Part shown: piece after piece, positions 12,584 through 32,979 of the stretch
How the letters are laid out: each line of letters begins with the position of its first letter
Position numbering within the stretch: the first letter of the stretch is position 1
Assembly: GCA_038496445.1 (NCBI GenBank)
Contig: JALMLS010000585.1
Location: 62,001 to 126,000, forward strand
Length of the DNA stretch: 64,000 nt
Origin: Trichosphaerium sp. ATCC 40318
Lineage: Eukaryota; Protista; Tubulinea
Direction: 5' to 3'
Program-made: the position numbers and the translations under genes
Notes under the pieces: generated by a model
Database searches by the model: none
Told to the model about the DNA's origin: nothing
The model's input: the letters and a program-made list of their open reading frames with translations, nothing else

Positions 12584-13113
12584 ATAAAAGTGTACACCAC
12601 ACAAGCTTGTGTATTCCGAATTGATTTTCGCCAACTTTCATATCTCAGAATTTTTAACGGTATTGTTCGTCATTCAAGCTTACAAACAGCTTTCTAAGTG
12701 CATATACTTGAATGTAATCTAATAAATCAATCTTTACTAACGAAACGCATCTCCACGTTCTACAGTTGCACGCCAACAGGCATATATCTTTCCTTGTAAA
12801 AAAAATCAGAAAAACTATCAAACAATTGCAACTGTCAATACAATCGTTTCATGAATCTAATTTAGATTCTACCATATACGATTACTTGGATAATACTAGA
12901 ACCGTTGGTCGACCAACATTAAAAAAAAGTACACTCATCTCCTACACGAAGACTATTTATTTAAATTTTTTTTTTACAAGGGTTTTTTTACAACTTTACA
13001 CCTCATTTTTTTTAATATCCATTTTTTTATCATCATCAAAAGGGGGACGAGTGTACCCCCTTTTTTTTAAAGCCTACACTACTATTTTTTGTGTATATAT
13101 CCTTCTCTCCTAT

Positions 13114-15675
<2,562 letters not shown>

Positions 15676-15985
15676 GCTTCGTTCGCTAATTCATCAACTG
15701 GTGAGAAAAACGGTCTACAGTCAGCGAAATGTCAAACGCGCATTATACTCAATCGCATACAATTATGCTGTGTGTACTGCACAGTCTTAGTTTTTTATAG
15801 CGTACCAGTTACCAAGCTGTCAATTGTTTTGTTTGTGTAGCACAACAGCGCATCACTACGCAAGTTGTTTACTAGTGGTGCCTTGCCTTTCTCTGTTGAC
15901 AGTGTAACTAACGTTCACTTAAGCACTCGTGGCGAATTTTACCCAAAAACATGCGATTTTTGGAGAACAGCCACCTCTAAGAGTT

Positions 15986-19826
<3,841 letters not shown>

Positions 19827-20395
19827 CATAGTAAAAACAAGTATACATTAATAAATAATTACAAAAAAAAAACAATAATAAAACAATCACGTGTGTTGTT
19901 ATTCCCGGTAAATATTTAGTAGTTGATTTTGTTCGTTTTTTATAACTTTCTAATTCGGACAATTGTTTATCCAAGTTTTGCTGAATAGACTTTAAATTTA
20001 AATGCTGTTATGATGCAGATATAGATAGTGACAGCATTATCGGCGTTAAAACTGTACAATTAATTATCACGTCATAAGGCACTGATAAAATTAAAGTTAA
20101 GTTCACGTGCGTTTTGTCAAGTACGCATGCGATAACCCCTGTTCACTGAAGGTAACCATCGGTCGGATAATTCACAATGCTATAGTCCGTTTCAGTTTGA
20201 TACAATTTATCGCGTCTAAGGTTGTGTCCAGATGATTTCCTTTGTAATCTTCAAAAAAAAAGCAAGAGAAACGCAAAGAAGTAATTATTCGTTCCATGAA
20301 CTCATTTAAGTTTGATGACCAAATCCTCACTTGAACTATTTTTCTATTAGTCTTATCAACAGCAAACAACAACAACACATCCTCTCCAGCAATAA

Positions 20396-22856
20396 ATGTC
20401 AGGAACAGAAAAGAAACAGCATTTTCTAGAAGTACTACTTCTCGATGGTAGCGATTTCAGACCTGGTACATCAAAAAGTGACCCACTCTCAATGAGGTAC
20501 TGCCTTTCGTCATTTGTTTTAATTTAACAACTACAAAGGTGCGATTCATACTTCATTCTCAACTTGAAGTCTCAACAAAAGGAAACAAAGCATAAGAGTG
20601 GCGTGCAAAAGCGTACACGATCTCCAGTAGTACGTTAGAAGTTTTGTTAAAGGTTCAGCAGTTTATGGCTAGACGTTCATGTGGCCATAAGTGACTGAAC
20701 CTCTGTGGATATGATGTCATCAAAGTAACTTAGTTTTTTTTTAGTTTTTGGAGTTGTTTATTCTCGCAGTGCCTGGTACCTTATTGTTATATTTTCATCT
20801 AGTGTAAACTCATTAACTCTTTAGATAACTTGGTTAACGCTCAAGGAGGCATTAATGATAGTATTGAGTTCAACGTGTACAACAAAGCACTTTTTTTAAA
20901 TATTTGTCTTTTTTGGGTTTTTTGTTTGTTATGATTTTTGTTGTAACTGAAAACAATGTAGATATGATTACAAGAATGTTGGAATGAAAAAGATATTGTA
21001 CGGCCGTGTTGCTTATACTCATAATAATTTTGATGTATCTGTTTAGAGACAAGGCTTTCGAATTTGATCTGAGTAAACTCAAACTGGACAAGTCCGTTGA
21101 GCACGTTCATAAATACACGCCATATGAAGAAGCTGCAGAAGGAGAAACAAAAAAGATTAAATACAATCCAAAGATAAGGTTCAGTGTGACTCACATGGCT
21201 TTACCACAGAGTCAAATCCCAACGGCTTTGATATCAAGGGTAACGATAGTTCTTGGTTGTTTAGTAACTCACTACTGTTTAGACTGGTGGCTTAACAAAA
21301 GATAAATTTTACAACTCAATCTCAAGAACTGCTATCAAAAAAGTACGTCACGTGACTTAGTTTTTTCTGATACTATTGACACTATGATTTAACGACTAAT
21401 TTCATTTCTAGGCATTGAAAGGCCAGCGCGGTAAAGCTACCGGAGTGGCTTGGGTTGATTTGAAGGTCCATGGACTTAGGCACTTGGAGAAAAAGTAATC
21501 AAGAAAAACAAACACGTGTTTATTGTTGTTGTGCTTACTTTTCAAAAGAGGAAATGTTCTACCTTCTTCAGTAGTTGTCGGTGTACAACTTAACTCTACA
21601 TTGGAAAAACCTACTAATTTTTCAAAAAAAGTAACTACAGACAGTTGTGAGGTACCAGATGTTGTTTATTGAACAAAAATCCAAACGTAGTCGCTGACTT
21701 GTTTGTTTTTAGTTCACTAAGGAAAACGGCTTTGGATTTGAAGTACCTAACATAGGTCGCGACTTTTCTCTTCTCGATGCTTTCAGAATAACTTGTGAAC
21801 AATCAGGAACTAAGGCTACCTGGGAGTAAGTCAAAAAAAACAGTACCTTTTGTTCAATAATTGTTTTCTTAGCCCACAACAAGCTTACATAGTTTTGGAT
21901 ACTCTCAAAGAAGGACAGACATTAAGGAAATGGGAACCTTTCGGCATGAGTGGAATGGAAGTAGACATAGAGGTTACAAGAAGTGTAAAGCACATAGATG
22001 ATCTCAACGAGTCAAAAATGGTCAAGCTTCAAGCCAAGCTCTTGTATGCTTTGAGCCTTGTTAGACTCATGCTTGCTAAGGCAGGTGTAAGTTGTTCTGT
22101 TTCTGTTAGTTGCAAACTGGTAAGACATTGCTTTAGCGATTTATGTTAATCACTTAATTGCCCTAGGGAATCTTCAAAGTATCTTCGTCTCTCAAAATCG
22201 ATGCAGACATGATTGACGAGAAAGAACAAGAGCGGAACCTACAACAACTTGACAATGACTTGGACGTACGCCACTAATTTCATTGCATTATACGATAGCT
22301 TTTTAGGGATAACGCTTATTTTGAAATAGAATGAAGAAGAAGATGAAGATCTTGATAACACGGAAGACCAGTTAGCAAAATCAGGTAAGCAAATAACATA
22401 GACTTATACAATATTAAATTGTAACACCTCTCTAGCTGTCCTTAGAAAAATGCTGGGTAATGCAGTTCAGAAAGCAATTGTTGGATTACGTCAAACTGTT
22501 GCCAAAGCCCAGAAAAACGGTACCCCTAGCATCTGGAAATGACAACCAGTCTTTCTAACCTGCTTTTTTTCTAGGCATCACTGGAAGTGTTGGTGTTGGG
22601 ATATCAATCGATGTAAGTTCTGATATTATTTGTCTAGTAGTACTATAGACTTTCAGAAAAGTTATCAGCAATATTTAGTCAACATTGGATCACGTGATTT
22701 GGAGAAACCTAACTTTGTTTATAGGTGTTTTCATTCTTCGAGTTTGAAATCGATTTTGAAGTAGAGTCAGCAGAAGGAGTTACGTACATTACTCCAAAAC
22801 CAGGTGCTAGGACACAAAGTACCACAGTAAACCTCTATGATAAGAAAGTTTGTTAA
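20396..22856 (+). CDS. Hypothetical multi-exon protein with possible N-terminal C2-like domain
   Basis: Chain of GT-AG-bounded open exons from MSGTEKKQHFLEVLLLDGSDFRPG...CDSYFILNL to ...VNLYDKKVC*. The C2 resemblance is tentative. Confidence 0.6.
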
Positions 22857-23582
22857 GCATCAACAGTCCAAGAGCTACCTACGCATCATATCACCTCAAT
22901 ATGAAAAAAAAAGCGCATAATATGTTTACTCTTAGACAACAATACAAACATCATGAAATAAACTGCATTCTTGCAAATTGTTCGTTAAAGCCACAATCTT
23001 GCTCTCCTAGAATACATGACATACTGTGGAATGGTTAGTTTTTTAACCGCGTGTCTATGTTTAAGATATCAAGCATTCAAATAATGGGTGATACATTATA
23101 TTGTAGTAGTTCAACTTTAATGTTTTTCTTGCTCATTTAGGCTTAATGGTACAACTACATTTGGATTAAGTCACAAGTATAAGTATGGAATGCATAACAT
23201 CAACAACATTGAATTTACAGAACATAATAGATAAATCTATTTGACTGCTCAAAGTACTCATTTGTTTCGGCAAACAAAAAGTTAGACCCTCATGTCTGAC
23301 TGATAAACACAGGGTTGGATGAAACCTATCTGAATCGATTGACGCTAATACAGAAAGGCCTTAGATCTTTCAAGGTCCTGTTTCTACAGCGTGTCGCTGT
23401 TTACACTGGGGCGTCGTTTGTTTCATACAAACATGTTAGAGCGCGTTTGAAGACTGTATACAACGAACTGACATACAAAATATACAATAAAAACCTACCA
23501 ACAAAACTGAAAAAAAGGAAAAAAGGAAAATTTCAACGAAAAGTGGACGGAACGATAACAGTTATTTACTTGCCCCATAAAA

Positions 23583-26500
23583 ATGGGCGAGCTATGGAGG
23601 TCACAACCTATGCACCTGGTGCAGTTGTTTATACAAATAGATGCCGCACACGATACAGTAGACGAGTTAGGAAAACTTGGACTCATTCAGTTCAAAGACG
23701 TACGTAACGGTATCACCACAGCCTCTTGTTTGTATTGCGAAGGGTTTTAATGCGGTTCTCGGTGGGCGGATTTTTTGAAAACAGGATTTTGGGGTTTTGT
23801 GATTTTTCTCTCGTCTTTGTCTCTCGTCCGTCTAAATGATTGTTTCTATAGCTTAATGAAGGAGATACAGCATACCAGCGTACTTTTGTTGATGATGTAC
23901 GAGCTTCTGATGAAATGGAGAGGAAAATTCGGTTTTTTATCGAAAATATTCAGAATACGAATAAAACCCTTCCAGAGGGTACAACACCAATAGAAATCAA
24001 TCAAACAGAAGACCCACTACTGCGTTTTAACATGAACGAACTTGTTGGTAAGTTTGAAGATCTTGAAAAGGAGCTTTTGCAGATGGAATCAAACGAAGAA
24101 ACTCTTTGTAAGAATTACAACGAATTTATCGAATTGAAACACGTGCTTGAGAAAGATCAAGATTTTTTTCTTGAAGCAGGGGTACGTTAAAGTTATAAAA
24201 ACAAGCGAAACTAAAAATAAAGTTTATTCTAAATCTTGCACGTGGTAATAAGTTGAAATGACTTTTTTCTTTTGCTAGGAAATGGCACATGAAACTGTAA
24301 TAGCAACACCTGGCGAACAAACCCGAGAATTACTGCTTGAAAGAACGGATTATCATGACGCTCCAGCCACTATTAGCAGCGTTGTGAAACTTGGGTAAGT
24401 GATGTCGAACTTTGAGTGTAGCAATTATTTTGCTAATAGCATGAGTTGTAGATTTATTACTGGCGTTGTTGAGGCATCTCAGTTTGCGATGTTCGAAAGA
24501 ATTATGTTTAGAGCAACACGTGGAAACTTATTTTTGAGACACGCTGAGATTATAGACGAGATAAGAGATCCAACAACCAATGAGTTTGTTCTCAAGAAAG
24601 TGTTTATTGTATTCTTCCAAGTACGGGTTTTTTTACAATACTATTTCCAATGCACGTGACCTTATTCATCACTCAAGGGCGAAAAACTGTACACCAAATT
24701 GAAAAAGATATCTGAGAGCTTTGGATGTAATGTATACCCTTGCCCAGATACACCAGAAGAGAGAGTAGAGCTTGCAAAAAAAGTAAGTAGCGACGACTTT
24801 CGTTTGTTGACCGTGCAAAAGGTAAAACAACGTCTCGATGATTTGAAGCTTGTAATCGACCGCACTGCCCAACATAAGATGCAAGTGCTCAGGAACCTAG
24901 CACAACATGTTAATGCATGGAGTACTCATGTCACCAAAGTACGAATAGAATCAAAACATATCTAGGCATCAACGTATCTCACTTGCCTACAGGAGAAGTC
25001 GATATTCCACACCATGAATAAGTTCAATTACGATCAAGGTAGAAAATGTCTTATAGCCGAAGGTTGGTGCCCTCAAGAATCAACAGAGGAAATACAATTG
25101 GCTCTTAGACGTGCCAAGGTAAAACGCTCTTTATTTTCGTCGTTTTTTCTTACTTTTTTCTTTAGGATAGAAGCGGAGTTCTTGTTCCTTCAATCTTGAG
25201 TATCATGAACACTAAAGAACAACCCCCAACTTACTTTAAAACAAACAAGTTCACTTCAGCCTTCCAAGGCATTATAGACGCCTATGGCGTGGCAAGATAC
25301 GGAGAAATAAATCCGAGTACGTTCCACGAAGATTGATTTTGTACAGCAACAAAAAAAAGTAACCGGTGTTTTAGCGTCGTTTACCATTGTCACTTTTCCC
25401 TTTCTTTTTGGCGTCATGTTTGGAGATGTAGGTCATGGATTAATGATGCTTGCTTTTGCATTATTCATGCTCTGGAAAGAGAAGGAATGGCTAAAGAATC
25501 CTCCACATGAAGTATGTTTTGCGTTCTTAGTTTGCGTGCTAATTTTAACTTTTCCTTTTCTGTAGTTACTAGAAATGGCTTTTGCAGGAAGATACATCGT
25601 TTTGTTAATGTCTTTCTTCGCTATATACTCTGGATTTATGTATAACGAATTTCTCTCTGTTCCAATGAATCTTTTCGGAAGTTCTTGGGAGCTTCAAGAA
25701 ACATGTAAAAATGATACATTAACTGGCAATGTTTCGTGTTCTTTTGGTTACCATTATAAGTACTGGAATAACACTGGTATACGCGGACCATATCCCTTTG
25801 GATCTGATCCTATATGGAAGGTACAAAAACGTGAAACCTCTAAACTGTTAGCTAAGAAAAAACAAGGGAAACGATCATGAACTTCTGTTTTACAATTCAT
25901 TGAAAATGAAGATGTCAATCATCCTTGGTGTATCTCAGGTACCGCTACTTTATTCAAACACATTCTTTCCAAATACCTTACTCGTTTTAGATGGTACTTG
26001 GACTTTTTTTGAAGCTTCTAAATGGAATCCGATTTCGTAAATCTCTTGATATTTGGTTCGAGTTTCTTCCACAAGTAACGTTCATGTTGAGTCTCTTCGG
26101 ATACACGTGCTTTATTATATTCTTCAAATGGTACACGCCATATTATTATAACGACCAAATGACTTTACAAGGACATGTCTTCCGTACGCACTGAGAAAAA
26201 AGTCGCCCACAGCTAAACAAGTTTTTTCTTACTTTTTTCTAGCAAATGAAACGTTTGGCGAAAACTGCCCAAAGTACCCTCTTACAAAAGAAGCACCTCA
26301 ACTTCTAAACGTCCTTATATACCTCGTACTCGGTTTTTGGCAACCGGCATCTTCAAAGTGCTTATACCCTTTTCAATTCTATGTTCAAATGATATTGGTT
26401 CTTTTAGCAATAGCATCAGTACCAGTAATGCTTCTTGTAAAACCAATCGTCTTGTGGTACAGAAACAAACAAAAGTACGTTCACAATACACAAGCTGTAT

Positions 26501-27130
26501 ACTTTATATTGACCTGAATATCATAGAGAAAGTCAGCGCGGATATCATCGGTTAGATGATGAGGATAGTGAAGAAGAAGATGAAGAAGAATCCTTTGAAT
26601 TTGGTGATATTATTGTGCACCAAGTCATTGAAACCATTGAATTCGTACTTGGCTGTGTTTCACACACTGCAAGTTATCTTCGTCTGTGGGCTTTAAGTTT
26701 AGCGCATTCAGAGCTAGCTACTGTATTCTGGAGTATGCTATTCGTAGACGTCGGGATAAAAGCTCTAGGACGAGAAGGAATCATGTATTCTGTTCTTTCA
26801 CCAATCACAACGTTTTTGTGCTACGCTGCATGGTTAGGAGTTACGATTGCTGTTCTCTTATTAATGGTACGTGATATGATAGATTTTATAAAAGTGCAAA
26901 TCACGTGCTTGTGTATTCTAAAATTAAACTTCAATAGGAATCGCTTTCTGCCTTTTTACATGCACTACGTTTACATTGGGTTGAGTTTCAAGCAAAGTTC
27001 TACTATGGTGATGGATACGCCTTCTCTCCGTTTTCATACAAGCGCATCTTATCTGGTACACATTACAATTTATTACAATAGATATTTCCACTAAACAATC
27101 ACAATAGGTGAAGCTGACGACGACAATTGA
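23583..27130 (+). CDS. ATP6V0A: V-type H+-ATPase V0 subunit a (multi-exon)
   Basis: [123 protein letters not shown]. Confidence 0.97.
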
Positions 27131-27289
27131 TTACAAAAGACTGTCTCCAAACCACAATAAACATAACCTTTATCACTCTCAATTATTTGTAGACTCCATT
27201 ATGTTAGGCTTGCTGATACAACGAGCATAGAATCATTTGTTGTAATAGTTTGATAGAAACCATTGAAAAAAGCTGATTGAAAAAAGTTG

Positions 27290-29735
27290 ATTGAAAACTT
27301 GCGATATTATTCAAGTTCTACAACTTTAATGCTAAAATACTCCAATACGAGCAAGTTATGTTCTCATTTTACCTTATTTCATATGAGCAATGATTAAGTG
27401 ATCGATGTCCACATTTGTGATGCCGGTTAGTTTTGTCGAGTTTTCAACTTAACATGAGGTTTTTAAGTGAGAGTATGGTAGTTAGGTTGATACTGTTTCT
27501 TGTCTACTGGATACCAAGATACAGCTAAGTCTTTATGTTCACTTTTTGAGGTACGCACATGGCGCCCACGCGTCATTTTTAAAGGTACAGCGGGAACAAA
27601 ACTGTATTAAACTGTTTGGCATAGGCAACTTGAATTGAAAGTGTGAGCAGTTTATTTAATCTTCTTCACAAGGTCCTTGGCTGGTGATATCCAATTCATA
27701 GAATCGAACTGTAGCGAACTGACCACCAGAGTTTGCTTGCAAGTAGCTACCAGCCTTGAAGTAGTTTGTGAAGCTGCTCCAATATCCACCCACATCTACG
27801 TCCAGTTTTTTAGCACCATTGAGGTACACTTTAAGGCGTCCATTGTCAGCCTATTGGTAAACATCAAAACAAGTTACATAATGTCGAGGACGTACATGTA
27901 TTTCCATGTCAAAACGACTAAATCCAACACTGCCCAGAGTAACCTCAAGTTTGTGTTAATTGTAACTTCGAGACAAAAAATAAATGTTATAGATACCTTT
28001 GGAGCATCGTCACCGTTTCTATTTTTCTTGTACAAAGCGTAGATATTCCCGTTAGATTCCCATTGAATTTTGATAAGAGGTGGGGCATCAAAAGCGTGAA
28101 TTTGAAGTACTATAACTTTATTGGCATCCGTTTTGGCTCTATCAACTTTGAGTCTTGCTTTCATCACGTTTTTATCAGATATGTGCCAATTCTAAAAAAG
28201 CAGACAGAGTGTTAGATTTAGATTAACATTGTTGTTGTGTACGTAGTTATCATCATCAGGGTTACAGAGTTGACGTAACTCAGATCTTGGGTAACTTGAT
28301 CCACTTGTTGTACCGCCATTTGAAGGACAATAAAAGGTCATCGATCCATCGCCTCCTGTGTAAAAGTAGTTGGAAACGTATGTGCGCAGCTAACAGCAAT
28401 GTTAAAAAGGCATGACTTTGTAGAAAGTGGGGAAATAGTTGCATACTTGAGAAGGTGATCTTTCGCTTGCTGACGAATCAGGAAGTGTTATTTTCCAGTT
28501 GCTGAGGTCGAAGTTTTCTCCAGGCGTTTTGCTTGTGTCTAGCGCTGTAACTTGCGCGAGGAAGATTGCCACACAAACCAATAAAAGAATCCAGTTCTGG
28601 GTATACTGTGAGATGTAGAGATAGAACAGCGGAAATTTGCTTTGTACCATTTTTCCGCTTGTGTTGTTTATTGTTTGAAAACTTGAGTAGAATGATTTGC
28701 TGGTAACTTTCTCATATGCTGGTGTGCATTTAAATCACATGATTGCGTGATATTTACAAAAATAACTTGAGTATAAAGGTTTCGCTTATGTAGCTTGGAA
28801 ATGAACTGCCCTTACCTATCCAATAATTACAATGGAATGGGAGAGCGGGTTTTTTTTTTATCCGCACCTAAGGTTGTACAATAGTAAACACTTCTTGGAC
28901 AATGGAAACGAACTTTCGTTGCTAGGTTCACAAAACAATCTAGGTGCTAGTTTCTTTCATGTTGAAGAGGTAGGATGTTATGGCAAAACAATATTCTTTC
29001 GAAAAAATCACATGACGTCATTTACGTTTCAAATTTTTGTAATTTGTTTCCAATTAGTAAAATTCTGAGCCCTTTTTTCAGACTCTATGATCCTTTTAGA
29101 GCAATAAAAAATAGTGGTGGCTGGTACTTATTCGTTAGGTACTGCAAATTCATAAAATTTTGCAGTACTTGAAAGTATCCGTTCCCCATAACGTCTCTGG
29201 TTGTTAAACATGTTCCATGCATAATATTGGTCAATATTGCAGAACTCATACTCTTCACATTTTTAAGTTACAGTATTACAAGGTGAGGTAACATTAGTCT
29301 AATAGTTCTCGGAGTGTCTTTTTATTTCGAGACATCCTATCGCCAATTTAGTTCATGCAACAGGTTGATGTGAGACTACAATTGCTGTATAACCTCCTCT
29401 ATAAAATTACTCCATAACATGCCTATAATAGCAGCAAATGAAACGTTAAGGTGAAATTGAAAAGAATGGGGTTTGCACTACTTTTGGCAAAATTCACGAA
29501 AGTGCATTCGTGATATTTCACAAGATTTCGCGTAGTATCGCGACATTTTGCGACAAGTATGTATTTGTCATAAGTACAATTACTCAATAACACGAGCAAC
29601 TTTGTAAAAACAATGGTAACGAACAGATCAAGAAGAAAAAACAAAGTCTGAAGTTCCTCGTCGGAGTTAATATCGAAAATTCGTGTTTTTACAAAGAAAG
29701 GTGATAAATTGAAAACCTAAGGCAAGAGAGTATTT
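27290..29735. repeat. Segmental duplication copy 1 (inverted relative to ~59075-61595)
   Basis: Near-identical reverse-complement sequence covering the PL7 gene and both flanks. Boundaries are approximate. Confidence 0.9.
27656..28650 (-). CDS. Secreted polysaccharide lyase family 7 (alginate-lyase-like), copy 1, 6 exons
   Basis: Signal peptide, PGENFDLSNWKITLP, and the three PL7 conserved regions YPRSELRQ, VLQIHA, YFKAGSYLQ. Confidence 0.9.
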
Positions 29736-30155
29736 CACTAATACAAAAAGTTGAGATGCTCAGAGCAAGTTAAGCATTCAAACCACAACTTATAAATCAC
29801 GTGAAAGGCTTTTGTAGCATAGAGTGTGAGTAGAGTTTGTGGACACTACTACTAGTGTGGCGTTTTGTGTAGCTACCTTATACCAACAATTGTAATCAAC
29901 TGAGGATTAACGTTTTTGTTTGGTAGCTAAGCCAAATTACTGTTCATAGTGAGAACAGCACAAGAGACAGCAAACTACCACCTTAAATTAACCAAGCAAA
30001 CTATGAATTAGTTGGATATCCAACCCACATATAGACTGCCCAACATTCACAAATTGTAAGTTTGATAATTTTTTATTTTAGACATTCTCTACAGTCATTT
30101 TTTCATCCATGGTTCTTACCAGTCGTTGATTAATGCAAAAAAACACGGAGAATCT

Positions 30156-31760
30156 TTAACATTTACATTTTGCTTCTTGTCCTCCATTGCTTGATGTTCT
30201 ACTATTATCGTCTGAAGGTTTAGGTTTTGCGTCCAACTTTATAACAGTGCCTAGTAGAAAAACATAAGCAAAAAAACACATACAACCTAGAAACAATTTA
30301 AAGCATAAATGTTATAACAAAAGCAGTCTTGTAGTCCAATGACCGATCCTTAAGACGTATATTGTTGTTCAAAAGAGCAAATGAAATGAACACAAGCCCC
30401 AGAAAAAAGAAAACCAACCAATAACTAGGTGGCGCAGACAAATAATTTACTGGCAAGGTAGATGAAAACCGACATTGTAATTGAAAAAACAATTAAAAAA
30501 AAAACATACCAGTTGAAATCTGTTCTCTTGGAGACTCAACACCTGCTGATGTCATAGTCTTCAATTGCTCCCTGTGTATTTCTGTGATAGGTCTGTTAGC
30601 AACAAAAAGGCACAATATCGGCGTAAACGCCCAACAAGGAGTCAAAGAAAAGGTTTACTAAAAAACGCACGTTCTATTATTCTCACGAACGCTTTATCGA
30701 CCTAAATGCCATGAGCCACAAATTTTTTGAGGATGTAGTACGTTGGTGCCATCTTTAGCGCTAGTCTCGATGAATGAAAGTGAATTACGTTGAGCGAATT
30801 CCTTTGCATCCCTAACCAACTTTAGTTAATACCTAACGCACAAGGAAGGTTTTTAAGCGCACCTTGTAGTGACTTGTCTCTTATCGGCAAGATCAAGTTT
30901 ATTACCTACGAGAAGAACCTAAATGATCATCAGAGAGTTGTAAAATACTAAACAACGCTTTTAAAGCAACACGTAAAGTGAAATTCTGTTGCAAAAAAAG
31001 CGGGGAAACTCACCAAAATGCCTGGCTCTGCTGATTGAATGAGCTCGTCGATCCTAAGGGCAACATAAATTTAGCATGTTTACAGTTGTTCAAGTAAAAA
31101 CAGAACTTGAACTTTTTGAACGGTTGAAAATTGCAACGAAAAGGCACTTTAAACGAACCAACATTCGCTTACGTACCATTTCTCAACGTTTGTGAATGAT
31201 TCTCTATCAGTGATGCTGTAACAAAGTAGACAACCTGAAGCACCTCTGTAGTAACCACGAGTTAAGCTCTTGAAGCGCTCTGAAAATCGTTAGCGAAAAG
31301 AGTAATTGATTTTTTTCTCCTTCTGTTTTTAGAAGATGTTATGAGTTTCAAACGCCTTTGTTTGGTATTTGTATAACGTGCCTTGACCCTGTTGCAATGA
31401 TTAGTTTTAAAAATACTCAAAGTAGGAATCGAGGTACCGCAGTGTCCCATAGTTGCGCACGGACAGTTTTACCATCGATAGTAAGAGTTTTGTGTCCAAA
31501 TTCGACACCGATAGTACTTTTGCTGTTTTCTCTGTGGTTCATGCGTTAATAGATGTGCAAACGCAATTGTGCGATATCTAGCATGAAAAAAGGTGCACGA
31601 ACCGAAACAGACCAGTAGTATATTTTGAAATAAGGTTTGATTTGCCTACGCCACTGTCTCCAATTACGACAACTTGCAAAGTGGTTTTAGAACGATTAAA
31701 AATAAAAACTCGTGAACCTTTGAACAAGAAATCAGTCTCTTCATCCTTTTCTTGCTCCAT
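30156..31760 (-). CDS. RAB11: Rab11-like small GTPase (many short exons)
   Basis: [62 protein letters not shown]-terminal CKC*. Divergent Rab11-like paralogue. Confidence 0.85.
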
Positions 31761-31868
31761 TTTAGCTTACGTGATGTTTTACAACTAAAAACACGTTCTT
31801 TTGTGAGTATTAATTATTTTGACTTTTTTCATGCGTCACCACTGTCGCTATTGGTTACATAGCTTTAA

Positions 31869-32979
31869 ATGGCCGCTAACATAAACGAATTGAGTGACCT
31901 TTTCGCTGACACGCTGCGTCATGGCACCAAAGAGGAAATGCCACCTCTTCATAGGCCGTTTAAACCCCAAACGGGTGCGTCTGATCAAGAAACGAGGCGT
32001 CATGATACTCTTGATCGCCAACGGTCTGCGCGCGAAAATCGCCTCGCTAAACTACGAGATATAACGTCTGTACGCGCCAAATACTATATAGGTTCTCGTT
32101 AATTCGTAAACAAGGCAACGCCAAAGACGCCAAAGAAGAAAAAACCTACATACATAAAACAGTACAAGGACCTCCTCATGATGCCGGAAGTACGCACTAC
32201 ATTAATAATTACGTTGTTTTAACGTTCTAGGCAATGACAGGCTTACCACAAGACTTGCTTGAAAACTGGTACATTAAAGCGTATCCAGTAGGTACTAGGT
32301 GCCTCGTAGTTGCAGAAAGACACAAAACACGCGCTTACAGACGAAATGGCAAGTGTTTATTATCGTAAGTTTCAAAAAACAATCAACGCTCCACCGAAAC
32401 TCTTTGATCATTACATTAGTATGTCTCTGATGATTGTCTAGATTTAATTCTCCACTTCCTGGAGGAGGTATAAAGCCTCGTGGCAGGGAAACACTGTTAG
32501 ATTGTATTTTTGTGGAGTCAGAAATGAGGTTTTATATTGTTGACATTCTCACATGGAATGGCAATCATGTCATAGACTGTGAATTAGAAATGAGGGAGTA
32601 TTGGATAAAAACAAAGATAGAAGAAGATATTGAAGAGGTAAAATGGTTTTAAGGGTAAATCAGTTTTTTTTTTTTTGACTTTATTTTTAGGAGTGGGGAA
32701 CTTATGATTTTTCTCTTTTACCGTCATTACCTTGCTCAGTAAAGACCCAAGATCTTGTGGAACATGTAAATAATCAATCACAAACGTTCGCTATGCATGG
32801 TACGCATCTACAGACCCAGCCAACTTTACACTATTATATTTTTATTGACTCAATTATGTCTTGTAGGAGTGTTATTGTATCATAAGGAAGGACACTATGC
32901 TCTTGGAGAAACAACCCCGTTATTGTGTTCAATACCCACTAAGCATCTTCCCGAATTTTTTAAGATGTTGCCGACTTGA
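31869..32979 (+). CDS. SNUPN: Snurportin-1 (m3G-cap import adaptor; multi-exon)
   Basis: IBB-like QETRRHDTLDRQRSAR; LMMPE; YPVGTRCLVVA..KTRAYRRNG; FNSPLPGG; TLLDCIF; FYIVDILTWNG; LLYHKEGHYALGETTPL. Confidence 0.9.

Noticed and set aside
29423-29644. ORFs in the duplicated PL7 upstream block (also 59256-59456, 59621-59824)
   Set aside because: Shared only because of the recent duplication; their starts differ and they have no recognisable motifs.
30252-30509. H/ACA-like boxes in the long last Rab intron
   Set aside because: Stems are weak and the ACA lies too far from the second hairpin.
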